IMG/VR virus record: IMGVR_UViG_3300042549_005813
DNA length: 64,000 nucleotides
From: a virus
Reading direction: 5' to 3' (one strand)
The notes below the pieces were generated by a model. It saw nothing but the letters and a program-made list of their open reading frames with translations, did no database searches and was not told the origin of the DNA. Positions 36,671 through 45,309 of the stretch are shown here, in pieces (position 1 is the first letter of the stretch; the number at the start of each line of letters is the position of its first letter). The translations under genes were made by a program, and so were the position numbers.

Positions 36671-37378
36671 ATGACACAAAATATTATGACAAGAGAAGAC
36701 AGAGAAAAATACCATTGGTATCAAAATGCACAGAACATGTTTTGGCAAAGTCCAATTTGGGAAGTACAAACACGTTTTGATGAAGAATTTAATGAAACTC
36801 TGTTAGATGAAATTTATGGTATCGGCAAAGATATCGTATTGGGTAAAGACAAAGACCCAAACAACAGTATATGGGACTACAGTAGACCCAACTTAGATAT
36901 ACTTAAACAAGAAATTATAGACATTGTAACCAAGAAAATTGTGCAAAATATTCCACAACTCAGAATGTTAAATATTCGTGGTTGTGAACACTTCATGGGT
37001 TGGGTCAATGTGCGTGAACCAGGAGAACGCTTAGAGGTGCATGGACACACCGAATCTGCTATCGCAGCAACGTATTACATAAAGGCTAAAGAAGGTTGTG
37101 GTGACCTTGTGGCGTTTGATTCTGCACAAGCAATTGATTGGTTAAATAATACTCTAAGTAACACACCAAAATTGCGAGAACGTAGGTTTAAACCAGTTGA
37201 AGGTAGATTGATATTTTTTCCATCATATGTTTTGCATGGCGTTGATGAAAATAAATCTGATGATTTACGCATTTCATTGTCAACCGACCTAAGAAAAGTT
37301 GTAGACAAAAATGCACAGAATACGGTAATTTTAAAATCGTGGGCTGGCCGCATGGCAAAAATTAGAGAATGGAAATAA
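36671..37378 (+). CDS. putative 2OG-Fe(II) oxygenase (TIGR02466-like)
   Basis: WVN..PG....HGH...A.YY, P.EG.LIFFPSY..H.V..N.S...RIS.S. Confidence 0.85.
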   Translation: MTQNIMTREDREKYHWYQNAQNMFWQSPIWEVQTRFDEEFNETLLDEIYGIGKDIVLGKDKDPNNSIWDYSRPNLDILKQEIIDIVTKKIVQNIPQLRMLNIRGCEHFMGWVNVREPGERLEVHGHTESAIAATYYIKAKEGCGDLVAFDSAQAIDWLNNTLSNTPKLRERRFKPVEGRLIFFPSYVLHGVDENKSDDLRISLSTDLRKVVDKNAQNTVILKSWAGRMAKIREWK

Positions 37379-37908
37379 TGTTTACAAAACTGGAAACAAA
37401 TTTTGAAAAACCATTATATGCAGTTACCGACCCACTAAAAAATTTCAAACATGAAGGTAAAGGTATCGACTATAAAAAGATATGGTCACCTGAGGCTGAC
37501 AAAATATATGGTGTGATACCAAAAAGGTACTGGCAGGATTTTCACTTGACAGTAATGACGATTGACTGTATAATCCCACCACATACGGATACGGAAATTA
37601 TTACTTCAATCAACTTTTACCTACAAACAGAAAGTTGTACAACTACATTCTATAGACCAAAAGTTGGTAATCCACGAACATTGCAGGTGGATAATCAAAC
37701 CGATGGGTATATATATTTTGAAGAAGATTTGATTGAAGTTGGTAGTTTTGTTGCTAAAGATTATGAGATTTGGTTACTTGATGTAAGTCAAATACATGGC
37801 GTTAAAGGTGAATTCAATTTACGTAAAGCCATTACCTTAGGAACTTTTGTTCATAAGTATGAGGATGTACTAGAGATGCTAAAGGAAACCAATAATGTCG
37901 TTTGTTAA
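37378..37908 (+). CDS. cupin / Fe(II)-2OG oxygenase-like protein
   Basis: IPPHTD...SINFY...LLDV.QIHGV...R. Confidence 0.75.
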   Translation: MFTKLETNFEKPLYAVTDPLKNFKHEGKGIDYKKIWSPEADKIYGVIPKRYWQDFHLTVMTIDCIIPPHTDTEIITSINFYLQTESCTTTFYRPKVGNPRTLQVDNQTDGYIYFEEDLIEVGSFVAKDYEIWLLDVSQIHGVKGEFNLRKAITLGTFVHKYEDVLEMLKETNNVVC

Positions 37909-38563
37909 ATTGAAACACACATATGAATATATGCCACACACAATCATACCACAAGGTCGAGCAGATTCATTTGCCGGCAAATATGGATTAGGTGTAAGAC
38001 ATAATACAATTTGGACACCAGAACCAGAAAAAGAAGTATTGTATAAGGTTGTACCGGAAAGATATTGGAAAGATTTTCAAGTAACCAGAATGTCAATTAA
38101 TAGTTTATTGTTACCACACGTTGATAATGACTTCATAACAACAATCAATTTTTATTATGACCCACAAAATTATAGAACGGTCTTTTTCAGAGCAAAACTA
38201 GGAGCAAATTCTTGGAAAACAGAAGAAGATAGACACTATGATGTGTCTGTAAATATGAAAGATGAAAAAGTTAATGTTGAAGAATTAAAAACTAGAGTTA
38301 AAGAGTTTGTGTCTGAAAAACAAAATATGCCAACATGTGAAGAAATAACATATGTTGATGCTGTATATACTTTTGATGATGTATATGAAATTGGATCTTT
38401 TATTGCTCAACCTAGTGAAGCATATTTGTTAGATGTGAGAATACCACATAATGTTGAACCATTAGGCGGCGAAGCAAAACTTAGAAAGGCATTTGCACTT
38501 AGAACTAAATTGTATGATTATGGCCAAGTGTATGAAATGTTACAAGAAACTGGAAACTTATAA
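37895..38563 (+). CDS. cupin / Fe(II)-2OG oxygenase-like protein (paralogue)
   Basis: LLPHVD...TINFY...LLDV.IPHNV...R. Confidence 0.75.
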   Translation: MSFVKLKHTYEYMPHTIIPQGRADSFAGKYGLGVRHNTIWTPEPEKEVLYKVVPERYWKDFQVTRMSINSLLLPHVDNDFITTINFYYDPQNYRTVFFRAKLGANSWKTEEDRHYDVSVNMKDEKVNVEELKTRVKEFVSEKQNMPTCEEITYVDAVYTFDDVYEIGSFIAQPSEAYLLDVRIPHNVEPLGGEAKLRKAFALRTKLYDYGQVYEMLQETGNL

Positions 38564-38573
38564 AGGATAATAA

Positions 38574-39368
38574 ATGTTTTTCGAAAAATTAGACTATACA
38601 GTAGATATTGAAAAATTAAAACAAGAAGTGAGAGAAAGTGTTTTCACTTTAGGTGACCAAGTTATACAAGGTGAAGAATATGAAACTCCAAAATACAATG
38701 GTTTTGGTGGTTGGAGTTTAATGTGTAAAGAAGCTACATGGACTGGCGGTTGGGAAGCTGTTCAACTGGAAAAAGGACAAACACTAGAATCCTTTTTACC
38801 AACAAATGAACTGGTACTAAAAGCTTACAAATACTTTAATATTTCTCATGGATTAGAACATGATAAACCAACTGAAGCTTATGTTGGTGAAATTAAAAAA
38901 GTAATGGACGACATTCGTGAAATGGGTTTTTATCCAACCAGAGTTAGGGTTACTTGTTTAAAAGCACACTCAAAAAGTTTGGTGCATAGAGATGCTGAAG
39001 AAACAGAATATATGGCACGTATTCATATTCCATTATTTACGAATAAAAAGTGTGTGCATATTTGTCAAGGTAAAAACTTACATATGCCAGCAGATGGTGG
39101 TGTTTGGATGCTTTGGGTGAATCAATGGCACCAAATTAGAAATGATTCGGATGAGGATAGATATCATATCATCATGGATGCTTATGATACAAAAAAAGTA
39201 ACAAAATTCTTTAATTATGCCGGTGATTTTGAACAATTACAGGATTACGTCAGAGGATTCCGAGAAAAAATTGATGAGGTTGAATTAACCGATGAAGATA
39301 TTGATTTTTTTGAGGCAATTAGAGAACGATATGTTACCAAAAAAGTTAGAGATAATGAATTTATTTAA
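38574..39368 (+). CDS. aspartyl/asparaginyl beta-hydroxylase-like oxygenase
   Basis: R.R...L......HRD...RIHIPL.TN...H.PADG...N..H...N.S..DRYH. Confidence 0.8.
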   Translation: MFFEKLDYTVDIEKLKQEVRESVFTLGDQVIQGEEYETPKYNGFGGWSLMCKEATWTGGWEAVQLEKGQTLESFLPTNELVLKAYKYFNISHGLEHDKPTEAYVGEIKKVMDDIREMGFYPTRVRVTCLKAHSKSLVHRDAEETEYMARIHIPLFTNKKCVHICQGKNLHMPADGGVWMLWVNQWHQIRNDSDEDRYHIIMDAYDTKKVTKFFNYAGDFEQLQDYVRGFREKIDEVELTDEDIDFFEAIRERYVTKKVRDNEFI

Positions 39369-39371
39369 ATT

Positions 39372-40886
39372 ATGACAGATACACATGGAATTATTTTCAC
39401 CGGCATGGAGAGGACTAGAACAATTAGTCGACCAGCTGGTGCAGCAAGATTAAGAACAGTTTTAGACCAACATGGTTACAACGTTGAAGTTGTTGACTAT
39501 TTTGGTAATTTCACAGATGAAGAACTTGAAACAATCTGCGCTAGATTTATTGGACCAAAAACTTTGTTTGTTGGTATTAGTATTACATTCATCTATGCAT
39601 TTGATAAATTAAATAAAATATTCAAACACGTTAAAGAAAAATATCCACACGTAAAAACGCTGATTGGTGGCAATGAAACACCAATTGATGGTGTAGATTT
39701 GACTCAAGTTGATAGGGTGTTTTGGGGTTATGCTGAAGAAGCGGTATTACACTATCTAAAATTTTTAACCAAGAAACGTTTAGATGATTTAAAATGGGTG
39801 CCATACAGAGATACACTTTCTATCAATGCAGAAATGGCATATAAGAATGATGATACGGATTTATCTATTAAGTGGTTAGAGAGTGATTTAATCAAAAATA
39901 ATTTTTTGCCTATTGAAATTAGTAGAGGATGTATTTTTAGGTGTAGATTCTGTGCATTCCCTTTGTTAGGTAAAAAGAAGAATGATTACATTCGTCATGT
40001 GGATAATTTGGCAGATGAATTTCGTAGAAATTATGAATTGTTTGGTGTTAACAACTATTGGTTCAATGATGATACATTTAACGACAACGTGGTCAAATTG
40101 GATTATGTTGCTGAGGCAATCGCCAAGAGTGGTGTTAAGATAACTTACACAGCATTTTTACGTGCAGATTTGATTGAGAGATTTCCTGAAACTATTTCTA
40201 TGTTGGCTGATACTGGTTTGGTTGCTGCAACATTTGGTTTGGAAACTTTTCATCCAGAAGCGAAGAAAGCAATTGGAAAAGGCCTAGATAATGAGAGACA
40301 GTTTGAAGCAATTCGACAATTAAAAAAATATAAACCAATCTACACATATACGGGTATGATATGTGGTTTGCCTGGTGAACCTATATCGAGTGTTTACAAA
40401 AGTCAAAAGATATTGTTGGAACAAAATTTTGAAGTGTTTGATAATTGGGATTGGTGGCCTTTGTTAATTAGAAAAGGTTCTGTAAGTCGCCTAAGTGAAT
40501 TTGAAAAGGAATGTGGAAAGTGGGGTTACACTGAAATGTCACCCGATGAATATACAATTTCAAAAGAGGATGATGATATGAGATATGGTGGAGATAGTGG
40601 TATAATGGCTTGGAAAAGTAAATACTCTAATTACTTTACGGCAAGAATCATTACAGCATTGTTGAATAATGAAACAGAGGAGCATCGTATTGCTGCTGGT
40701 AAATCCATTTATGGAAATGCCAACAAAGGTGTTAGTATTAACCATGATGTATTTGAATTGGTTGGTATGGGTATTGATATAAAAGATATTATTGACGGAA
40801 CATTTGATAAAACTTTTTTGAATAAAAAAATTGAAGAAGCGGATCAAACTATCCTTGAATACAAAAAATTAAAGTTAGGATTATAA
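39372..40886 (+). CDS. B12-binding-type (class B) radical SAM protein
   Basis: N-terminal RPAGA..L...L...GY.V.V.D...GIS..F...IGG; EISRGCIFRCRFC; DDTFND; FGLET; I.GLPGE. Confidence 0.85.
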   Translation: MTDTHGIIFTGMERTRTISRPAGAARLRTVLDQHGYNVEVVDYFGNFTDEELETICARFIGPKTLFVGISITFIYAFDKLNKIFKHVKEKYPHVKTLIGGNETPIDGVDLTQVDRVFWGYAEEAVLHYLKFLTKKRLDDLKWVPYRDTLSINAEMAYKNDDTDLSIKWLESDLIKNNFLPIEISRGCIFRCRFCAFPLLGKKKNDYIRHVDNLADEFRRNYELFGVNNYWFNDDTFNDNVVKLDYVAEAIAKSGVKITYTAFLRADLIERFPETISMLADTGLVAATFGLETFHPEAKKAIGKGLDNERQFEAIRQLKKYKPIYTYTGMICGLPGEPISSVYKSQKILLEQNFEVFDNWDWWPLLIRKGSVSRLSEFEKECGKWGYTEMSPDEYTISKEDDDMRYGGDSGIMAWKSKYSNYFTARIITALLNNETEEHRIAAGKSIYGNANKGVSINHDVFELVGMGIDIKDIIDGTFDKTFLNKKIEEADQTILEYKKLKLGL

Positions 40887-41545
40887 TGTTCATTTATTGC
40901 CCACCAAAAGAGATTCCAAAAATTGAATCTCAAACTTTTCCTGACGGGAAAAGATATTATGTCACGCCTGATGGTAAAAAGTTACCATCGGTGACCACAG
41001 TGGTGGGTGCTCAGAAAAAAGAGGCCATCATGGCATGGCGCCGTAGAGTTGGTGAAGAAGTTGCAAACAAAATCTCCAAACATGCTACATCCCGTGGTAC
41101 CAATATGCATACCATGTGTGAATATTATTTGAACAATGAAACAAAACCACCAGGCACTGTTATGCCTGATGCCAAAGAGATGTTCATATCAATCAAACCA
41201 CATCTAAACAAAATCAATAACATACACTACCAAGAGGTCGGACTGTGGTCTGCACAACTAGGATTAGCAGGTCGTGTAGATTGCATTGGTGAGTATGAAG
41301 GTAAGTTATCAGTCATTGATTTTAAAACATCAAAGAAGATTAAAAAGCGTGAAGATATTTTAGATTATTTTTGGCAATGTACTGCATATGCATTGATGTA
41401 TGAAGAATTAGTTGGTACACCTATTGATGATTTGATAATCATTATGGCCGTGGATAACGAACAACCAATGATTTTCAAAGAAAAAACACAAGACCATATT
41501 GAAGGCCTGGTTAAAGCAATTGATTATTACCATAAAAACAGTTGA
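40886..41545 (+). CDS. PD-(D/E)XK exonuclease of T4-like phages
   Basis: R.Y.TPDG..LPSVTTV, RGT.MH, AGRVDCI, IDFKTS, Q..AY. Confidence 0.88.
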   Translation: MFIYCPPKEIPKIESQTFPDGKRYYVTPDGKKLPSVTTVVGAQKKEAIMAWRRRVGEEVANKISKHATSRGTNMHTMCEYYLNNETKPPGTVMPDAKEMFISIKPHLNKINNIHYQEVGLWSAQLGLAGRVDCIGEYEGKLSVIDFKTSKKIKKREDILDYFWQCTAYALMYEELVGTPIDDLIIIMAVDNEQPMIFKEKTQDHIEGLVKAIDYYHKNS

Positions 41546-41578
41546 CATGATATTGCGGTTGTGTTACAATAATAAATA
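41542..41578 (+). promoter_or_regulatory. tandem sigma70 (TTGACA-17-TACAAT) and late-type (ATAAATA) promoters for the tmRNA
   Basis: -35 at 41542, -10 at 41565, ATAAATA at 41572. Confidence 0.7.
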
Positions 41579-41581
41579 ATG

Positions 41582-41878
41582 TTATGGTTGTATGAAGCAA
41601 CTAGAAATGTGTTCTGGACGGGGGTGCGAATCCCCCCAGGTCCACCATAAGCATATTAGTGGTCTTGAAACCCACAATTCATAGTTAAGTCTATGTGCTA
41701 GTATGCTTCTGATGGGCCTGCATAGTTTCGACAGGGCAAATAGTACAGAAGTGGACAGCTCATCAGAGAAGATGTTAAAACTAAATCAAAGTAAACGCAA
41801 ACGACTCACAGTTCGCATTGGCAGCCTAAACGCTGACTAGGGTTTCGGTTGGTTTCCTCGTAACAGAATAACCAACCA
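41582..41878 (+). ncRNA. ssrA: circularly permuted two-piece tmRNA, tag (A)ANDSQFALAA
   Basis: T arm GGGGG-TGCGAAT-CCCCC plus CAGGTCC-A-CCA (ends 41647) precedes the 5' acceptor GGGCCTG (41714) with G3:U70; tag frame 41797-41829; outer ends approximate. Confidence 0.9.
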
Positions 41879-41890
41879 CTTAATGGAGGT

Positions 41891-42472
41891 ATGATGCAGT
41901 CAATTTGGTGTAGGAATGAAATTAAAATCGCTGATGAATTGATGGAATTGGCACCAAAATTACGTGATGAATTTTTAGAATATCATAAAGACTTTCACAC
42001 CACATTTAAAGGCGGTGTATCATATGCTGCATCAAACCCACATGCTGTTTTGGATGAAAAAGAAAAGAATGATTGGAAGGTTGAAGGACTACGTTATGCA
42101 TTACCTGAACAAAAGGTTGAACATAATTTCTTTTTACAACCAAGAATACGCAACATATTTCCAACCGCATCAACGCTAACACAACAGTATATTGCTCACA
42201 TTGGTTGTAGTGGTTACAGTGTACTAGAATCAGGTGGTGTTATTAAAAGTCATGTAGACATTGAGAATCGTTCACGCAACACAGTAAGAATTCATATACC
42301 ATTAATCATACCAGAAGGTGATGTTGCACTGGAAGTTAATGGTATAAAGCAGGATTGGTCCGACTTATTTGCATTTGATAATGCTGAATTGCATAGTGCA
42401 TATAATAAGACTGATAAAAGGAGACTAATTTATATCATAGATATATCTAAGTCGATTTTGTTTAACAACTAG
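41891..42472 (+). CDS. aspartyl/asparaginyl beta-hydroxylase-like oxygenase
   Basis: YSVL..G..I..HVD...RIHIPL.IP, FAFD....HSAYN....R. Confidence 0.85.
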   Translation: MMQSIWCRNEIKIADELMELAPKLRDEFLEYHKDFHTTFKGGVSYAASNPHAVLDEKEKNDWKVEGLRYALPEQKVEHNFFLQPRIRNIFPTASTLTQQYIAHIGCSGYSVLESGGVIKSHVDIENRSRNTVRIHIPLIIPEGDVALEVNGIKQDWSDLFAFDNAELHSAYNKTDKRRLIYIIDISKSILFNN

Positions 42473-42481
42473 GAGTTAATT

Positions 42482-43024
42482 TTGAAGAAAATCAGTTTAG
42501 TTTTGGCCTCTTTGGTCATGAGTGCCGCAGCGATGGCACAAGGTTATGGTTCATTGGAGTATTCTGATGAAACAAATCGTGCAACAAATGTCTCTAATAT
42601 TAAAGAAGCAATTGTTATTGGTAATAAAGTTGGTTCTACCGACTATAGCCTTAAAATGGAAAACAGCCAAACTGCACTTGGTAGTGGTTCAATTTCACAA
42701 GGACTAGAAGTTCGTGTGAAACAATCTATCGGTGCTTTCTACGTTGGTGGACGTTTGGGTGAAAGAGTAACCAGTTCAACACATTTTAGTCATTATGCAG
42801 TTGATGCTGGTGTTAAGTTCCCATTGGTTGCTGGTTTGTCTGGTGATGTTGGTGCTCGTTATCGTAATGCATTTGATACTACAAACGCATATCAAACGAC
42901 CCGTGTTCACACAGCAGTCGGTTACGATTTGACCAAACAAGACAAAGTTGCAGTTCGTTGGAGCCGTTCATATGGTGACGAAGAAAAAGATGCATGGCGT
43001 CTACAGTACACACGTAGTTTTTAA
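42482..43024 (+). CDS. small outer-membrane beta-barrel protein
   Basis: signal peptide ending AAAMA; alternating beta strands; C-terminal LQYTRSF BAM signal. Confidence 0.75.
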   Translation: MKKISLVLASLVMSAAAMAQGYGSLEYSDETNRATNVSNIKEAIVIGNKVGSTDYSLKMENSQTALGSGSISQGLEVRVKQSIGAFYVGGRLGERVTSSTHFSHYAVDAGVKFPLVAGLSGDVGARYRNAFDTTNAYQTTRVHTAVGYDLTKQDKVAVRWSRSYGDEEKDAWRLQYTRSF

Positions 43025-43028
43025 TACG

Positions 43029-43036
43029 TATAAATA
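43029..43036 (+). promoter_or_regulatory. T4-type late promoter TATAAATA
   Basis: perfect match. Confidence 0.75.
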
Positions 43037-43105
43037 AGTATATGGGTTCGGTGGGACCCATTTAAATAATCCACCAACACACTTACACAACACAAGGAGA
43101 AAACT

Positions 43106-43384
43106 ATGTCAAACATGACACCCTTTGAAATCCGTCTTGAACTATTAAAAATGGCAAGAGACATGTTATATGATTCATACAACGCAGAACGAGACCGTCT
43201 ACAACAAGACTGGCACATCAAATGCGAAACGGCAAGGTCTAAAGGTGAAATACCACCTGAACATCCAGGATTGCCGACCATCCCCTCAGAAACAGACATT
43301 ATTAGCAAAGCTACATCTTTAAATAGTTTTGTATCTAATACACCGGTAACACCTGAAATCAAGGTTACCAGAAAAACATCCTGA
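43106..43384 (+). CDS. conserved T4-like hypothetical protein
   Basis: PFEIRLELLKMA.DML...P...DII.KA..L..FV; AAGGAG RBS. Confidence 0.8.
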   Translation: MSNMTPFEIRLELLKMARDMLYDSYNAERDRLQQDWHIKCETARSKGEIPPEHPGLPTIPSETDIISKATSLNSFVSNTPVTPEIKVTRKTS

Positions 43385-43389
43385 GGGTT

Positions 43390-43409
43390 AAGGGGGTTTT
43401 TCCCCCTTT
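43390..43409 (+). terminator. probable terminator hairpin
   Basis: AAGGGGG-TTTTT-CCCCCTT followed by T. Confidence 0.45.
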
Positions 43410-43428
43410 AAACAAACGAGGAGTAGCA

Positions 43429-43941
43429 ATGAAGTTTTTATCAACTTTATTATTTTCTTTATCATTATTGATTTTACCTTTAACATCCCAAGAACAAACA
43501 ATTCCAATAGAAAGAGTGGTTTCACAGGATTTAAATAAACAATTACTTTGCATGGCCAAAAACATCTACTATGAAGCCGCAAACGAATCTTTTGAAGGTA
43601 AATTAGCAGTAGCACAAGTTACAATGAATCGTGTGAATAGTCCATTTTATCCCAAAACAGTTTGTGAAGTGGTATATCAAAAAACGGGCCGCACATACCA
43701 ATTCAGTTGGGTTGGTGAGAATGTTGGACCGGTTAGGAGCAAATATGCATGGGAAGAATGCCTAATTGTCGCAAGGAAAGCCTTGACACAAACAAAATTA
43801 CATGATAAAATATATGAAACCAATTCAATGTTCTATCATGCCACCTACGTTAATCCAGAATGGAAATTAAGGTACGTTGCAAAAATTGGAAATCATCTGT
43901 TCTATACGAAAGCTCAAAGTGCCAACAAAAACCGAAATTAA
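43429..43941 (+). CDS. SleB-like cell wall hydrolase (Hydrolase_2)
   Basis: C.A.NIYYEA..E...GK.AVAQV..NRV...P.TVCEVVYQ...QFSW; FYHA.YV.P.W...IG.H.FY. Confidence 0.9.
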   Translation: MKFLSTLLFSLSLLILPLTSQEQTIPIERVVSQDLNKQLLCMAKNIYYEAANESFEGKLAVAQVTMNRVNSPFYPKTVCEVVYQKTGRTYQFSWVGENVGPVRSKYAWEECLIVARKALTQTKLHDKIYETNSMFYHATYVNPEWKLRYVAKIGNHLFYTKAQSANKNRN

Positions 43942-44140
43942 TGAATTTAGTGAAATGATTAGTAAAAGCGTCAGTGAATTGGGTGGTACCCATATGGATG
44001 CAATCATACATCATTGTGAACAAACAGGTATGGAAGTCGATGTGGCTTCTTCTTTAGTCTCTAGTGCATTGAAAGCAAAGATTAGAGAAGAAGCACAAGA
44101 CCTAAACCTATTGAAGAAAAGTTCTAAATTGCCCCTATGA
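43919..44140 (+). CDS. gp33: late transcription coactivator gp33
   Basis: MDAI.H.C....E......S..LK.KI..EA..LN.L...KLP; upstream of gp59. Confidence 0.85.
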   Translation: MPTKTEINEFSEMISKSVSELGGTHMDAIIHHCEQTGMEVDVASSLVSSALKAKIREEAQDLNLLKKSSKLPL

Positions 44141-44745
44141 CCGAAACGACAGGATTTGAAGCGTATGCCCTATATCAAAGCATTAAACTTCATTTTACTT
44201 CTGATTCTTACGATTTTTTTCGTTACAACGGAAAGACCAACGTATCAAAGGACAACTTTGCAAACAATAAAGCCAAGTATTCTTTTTACAAGTTATCACG
44301 GAAGTACAACATAGATGAATTACGTACTTTTTATATTGCTAATTTCCTAGAAACCAATGTGAATTGGGTAGGAGATATATGTGGTATTGAAGGTGAAGAA
44401 AACTACAAGAAATGGCAAAAAAGAAACCAGAGCTTGACATACCGATTCGAACAAGATATAATAGGTCTATTCACAGCAACACAATCACCTAATGAAATGT
44501 TGGTAGTTGTAGATGGACAATATCCATTGCTGTTGAGAGAGATGACTTATGGCAACATTAACATTGAGACGGTGTGTATACTTAATGACATTATGAATTT
44601 CTTACCAATGTGGAACAAAAAAATAACAGATGATGTTATTTGGCCTACATTAAAAAGAAAAATTGAAAAGTACACACCGTTTCTTGTTTATGATAAAGAT
44701 AAGTTTAAGACAATTTTAAAAGAAAGTTTGAGAGAACATGCCTAA
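44137..44745 (+). CDS. gp59: helicase loader gp59
   Basis: Y..Y..IKLHF....YDFF.Y.GK...F.KLSRKY. Confidence 0.9.
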   Translation: MTETTGFEAYALYQSIKLHFTSDSYDFFRYNGKTNVSKDNFANNKAKYSFYKLSRKYNIDELRTFYIANFLETNVNWVGDICGIEGEENYKKWQKRNQSLTYRFEQDIIGLFTATQSPNEMLVVVDGQYPLLLREMTYGNINIETVCILNDIMNFLPMWNKKITDDVIWPTLKRKIEKYTPFLVYDKDKFKTILKESLREHA

Positions 44746-45232
44746 AATTAATTGCATCTACTTGGATATGGATGGCGTTATTGCCGACTTTGAAAAGAGA
44801 TACGTTGAGTTATTTAAAGTTCAACCTAGTTCAACCAGAGAATATAAAGAATTCAATAAATTTTTTGATAAGTTTATTGCTGATGGTCACTTTGAAACAC
44901 TTGAACTAATGCCAGATGCAATGGATTTGGTACGTGCATTACGTAATGCATTACCACCTACTCAAATTCTGTCCTCCACAGCAAGTGAGAAAAGACACAA
45001 AGCAATCTCTGAACAAAAGATTAAATGGTTGGAAACGCAGGGTATTGACTTCCAACGTAACTTGGTTCCAGGTAAAGAACTAAAGAAAATATACGCAAGA
45101 ACAGATACGTTAATCATTGATGATACAGAGAGTGTTATTAATGATTGGCGTGCTGCAGGTGGTGTGGCAATCTTACATAAAAATGTTGCCGATACCTTGG
45201 TACAGTTGAAGTTTATACTTGACGATGCCTAA
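44738..45232 (+). CDS. HAD-family 5'(3')-deoxyribonucleotidase-like protein
   Basis: YLDMDGVIADF, K..W, LIIDD....I..W...GG..ILH. Confidence 0.85.
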   Translation: MPKINCIYLDMDGVIADFEKRYVELFKVQPSSTREYKEFNKFFDKFIADGHFETLELMPDAMDLVRALRNALPPTQILSSTASEKRHKAISEQKIKWLETQGIDFQRNLVPGKELKKIYARTDTLIIDDTESVINDWRAAGGVAILHKNVADTLVQLKFILDDA

Positions 45233-45295
45233 ATAATATGATATAATGAACTATGTGGACAATCCGTTTATACTCCGTTAATATTCCGTTTATAC
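45219..45295 (+). promoter_or_regulatory. gp32 promoters and 3 x 11 nt leader repeat
   Basis: TTGACG-17-TATAAT (45219/45242), CTAAATA 45229; TCCGTTWATAY x3 at 45263-45295. Confidence 0.7.
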
Positions 45296-45309
45296 TAGAA
45301 AGGTAAATC

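Noticed and set aside
40886-41545. Cas4-like nuclease suggesting a CRISPR system
   Set aside because: It is the usual T4-like PD-(D/E)XK exonuclease; no repeat-spacer array or other cas genes were seen in the window.
41615-41647. Stand-alone tRNA
   Set aside because: Only a T arm and CCA are present; the matching 5' strand lies downstream, so it is part of the permuted tmRNA.
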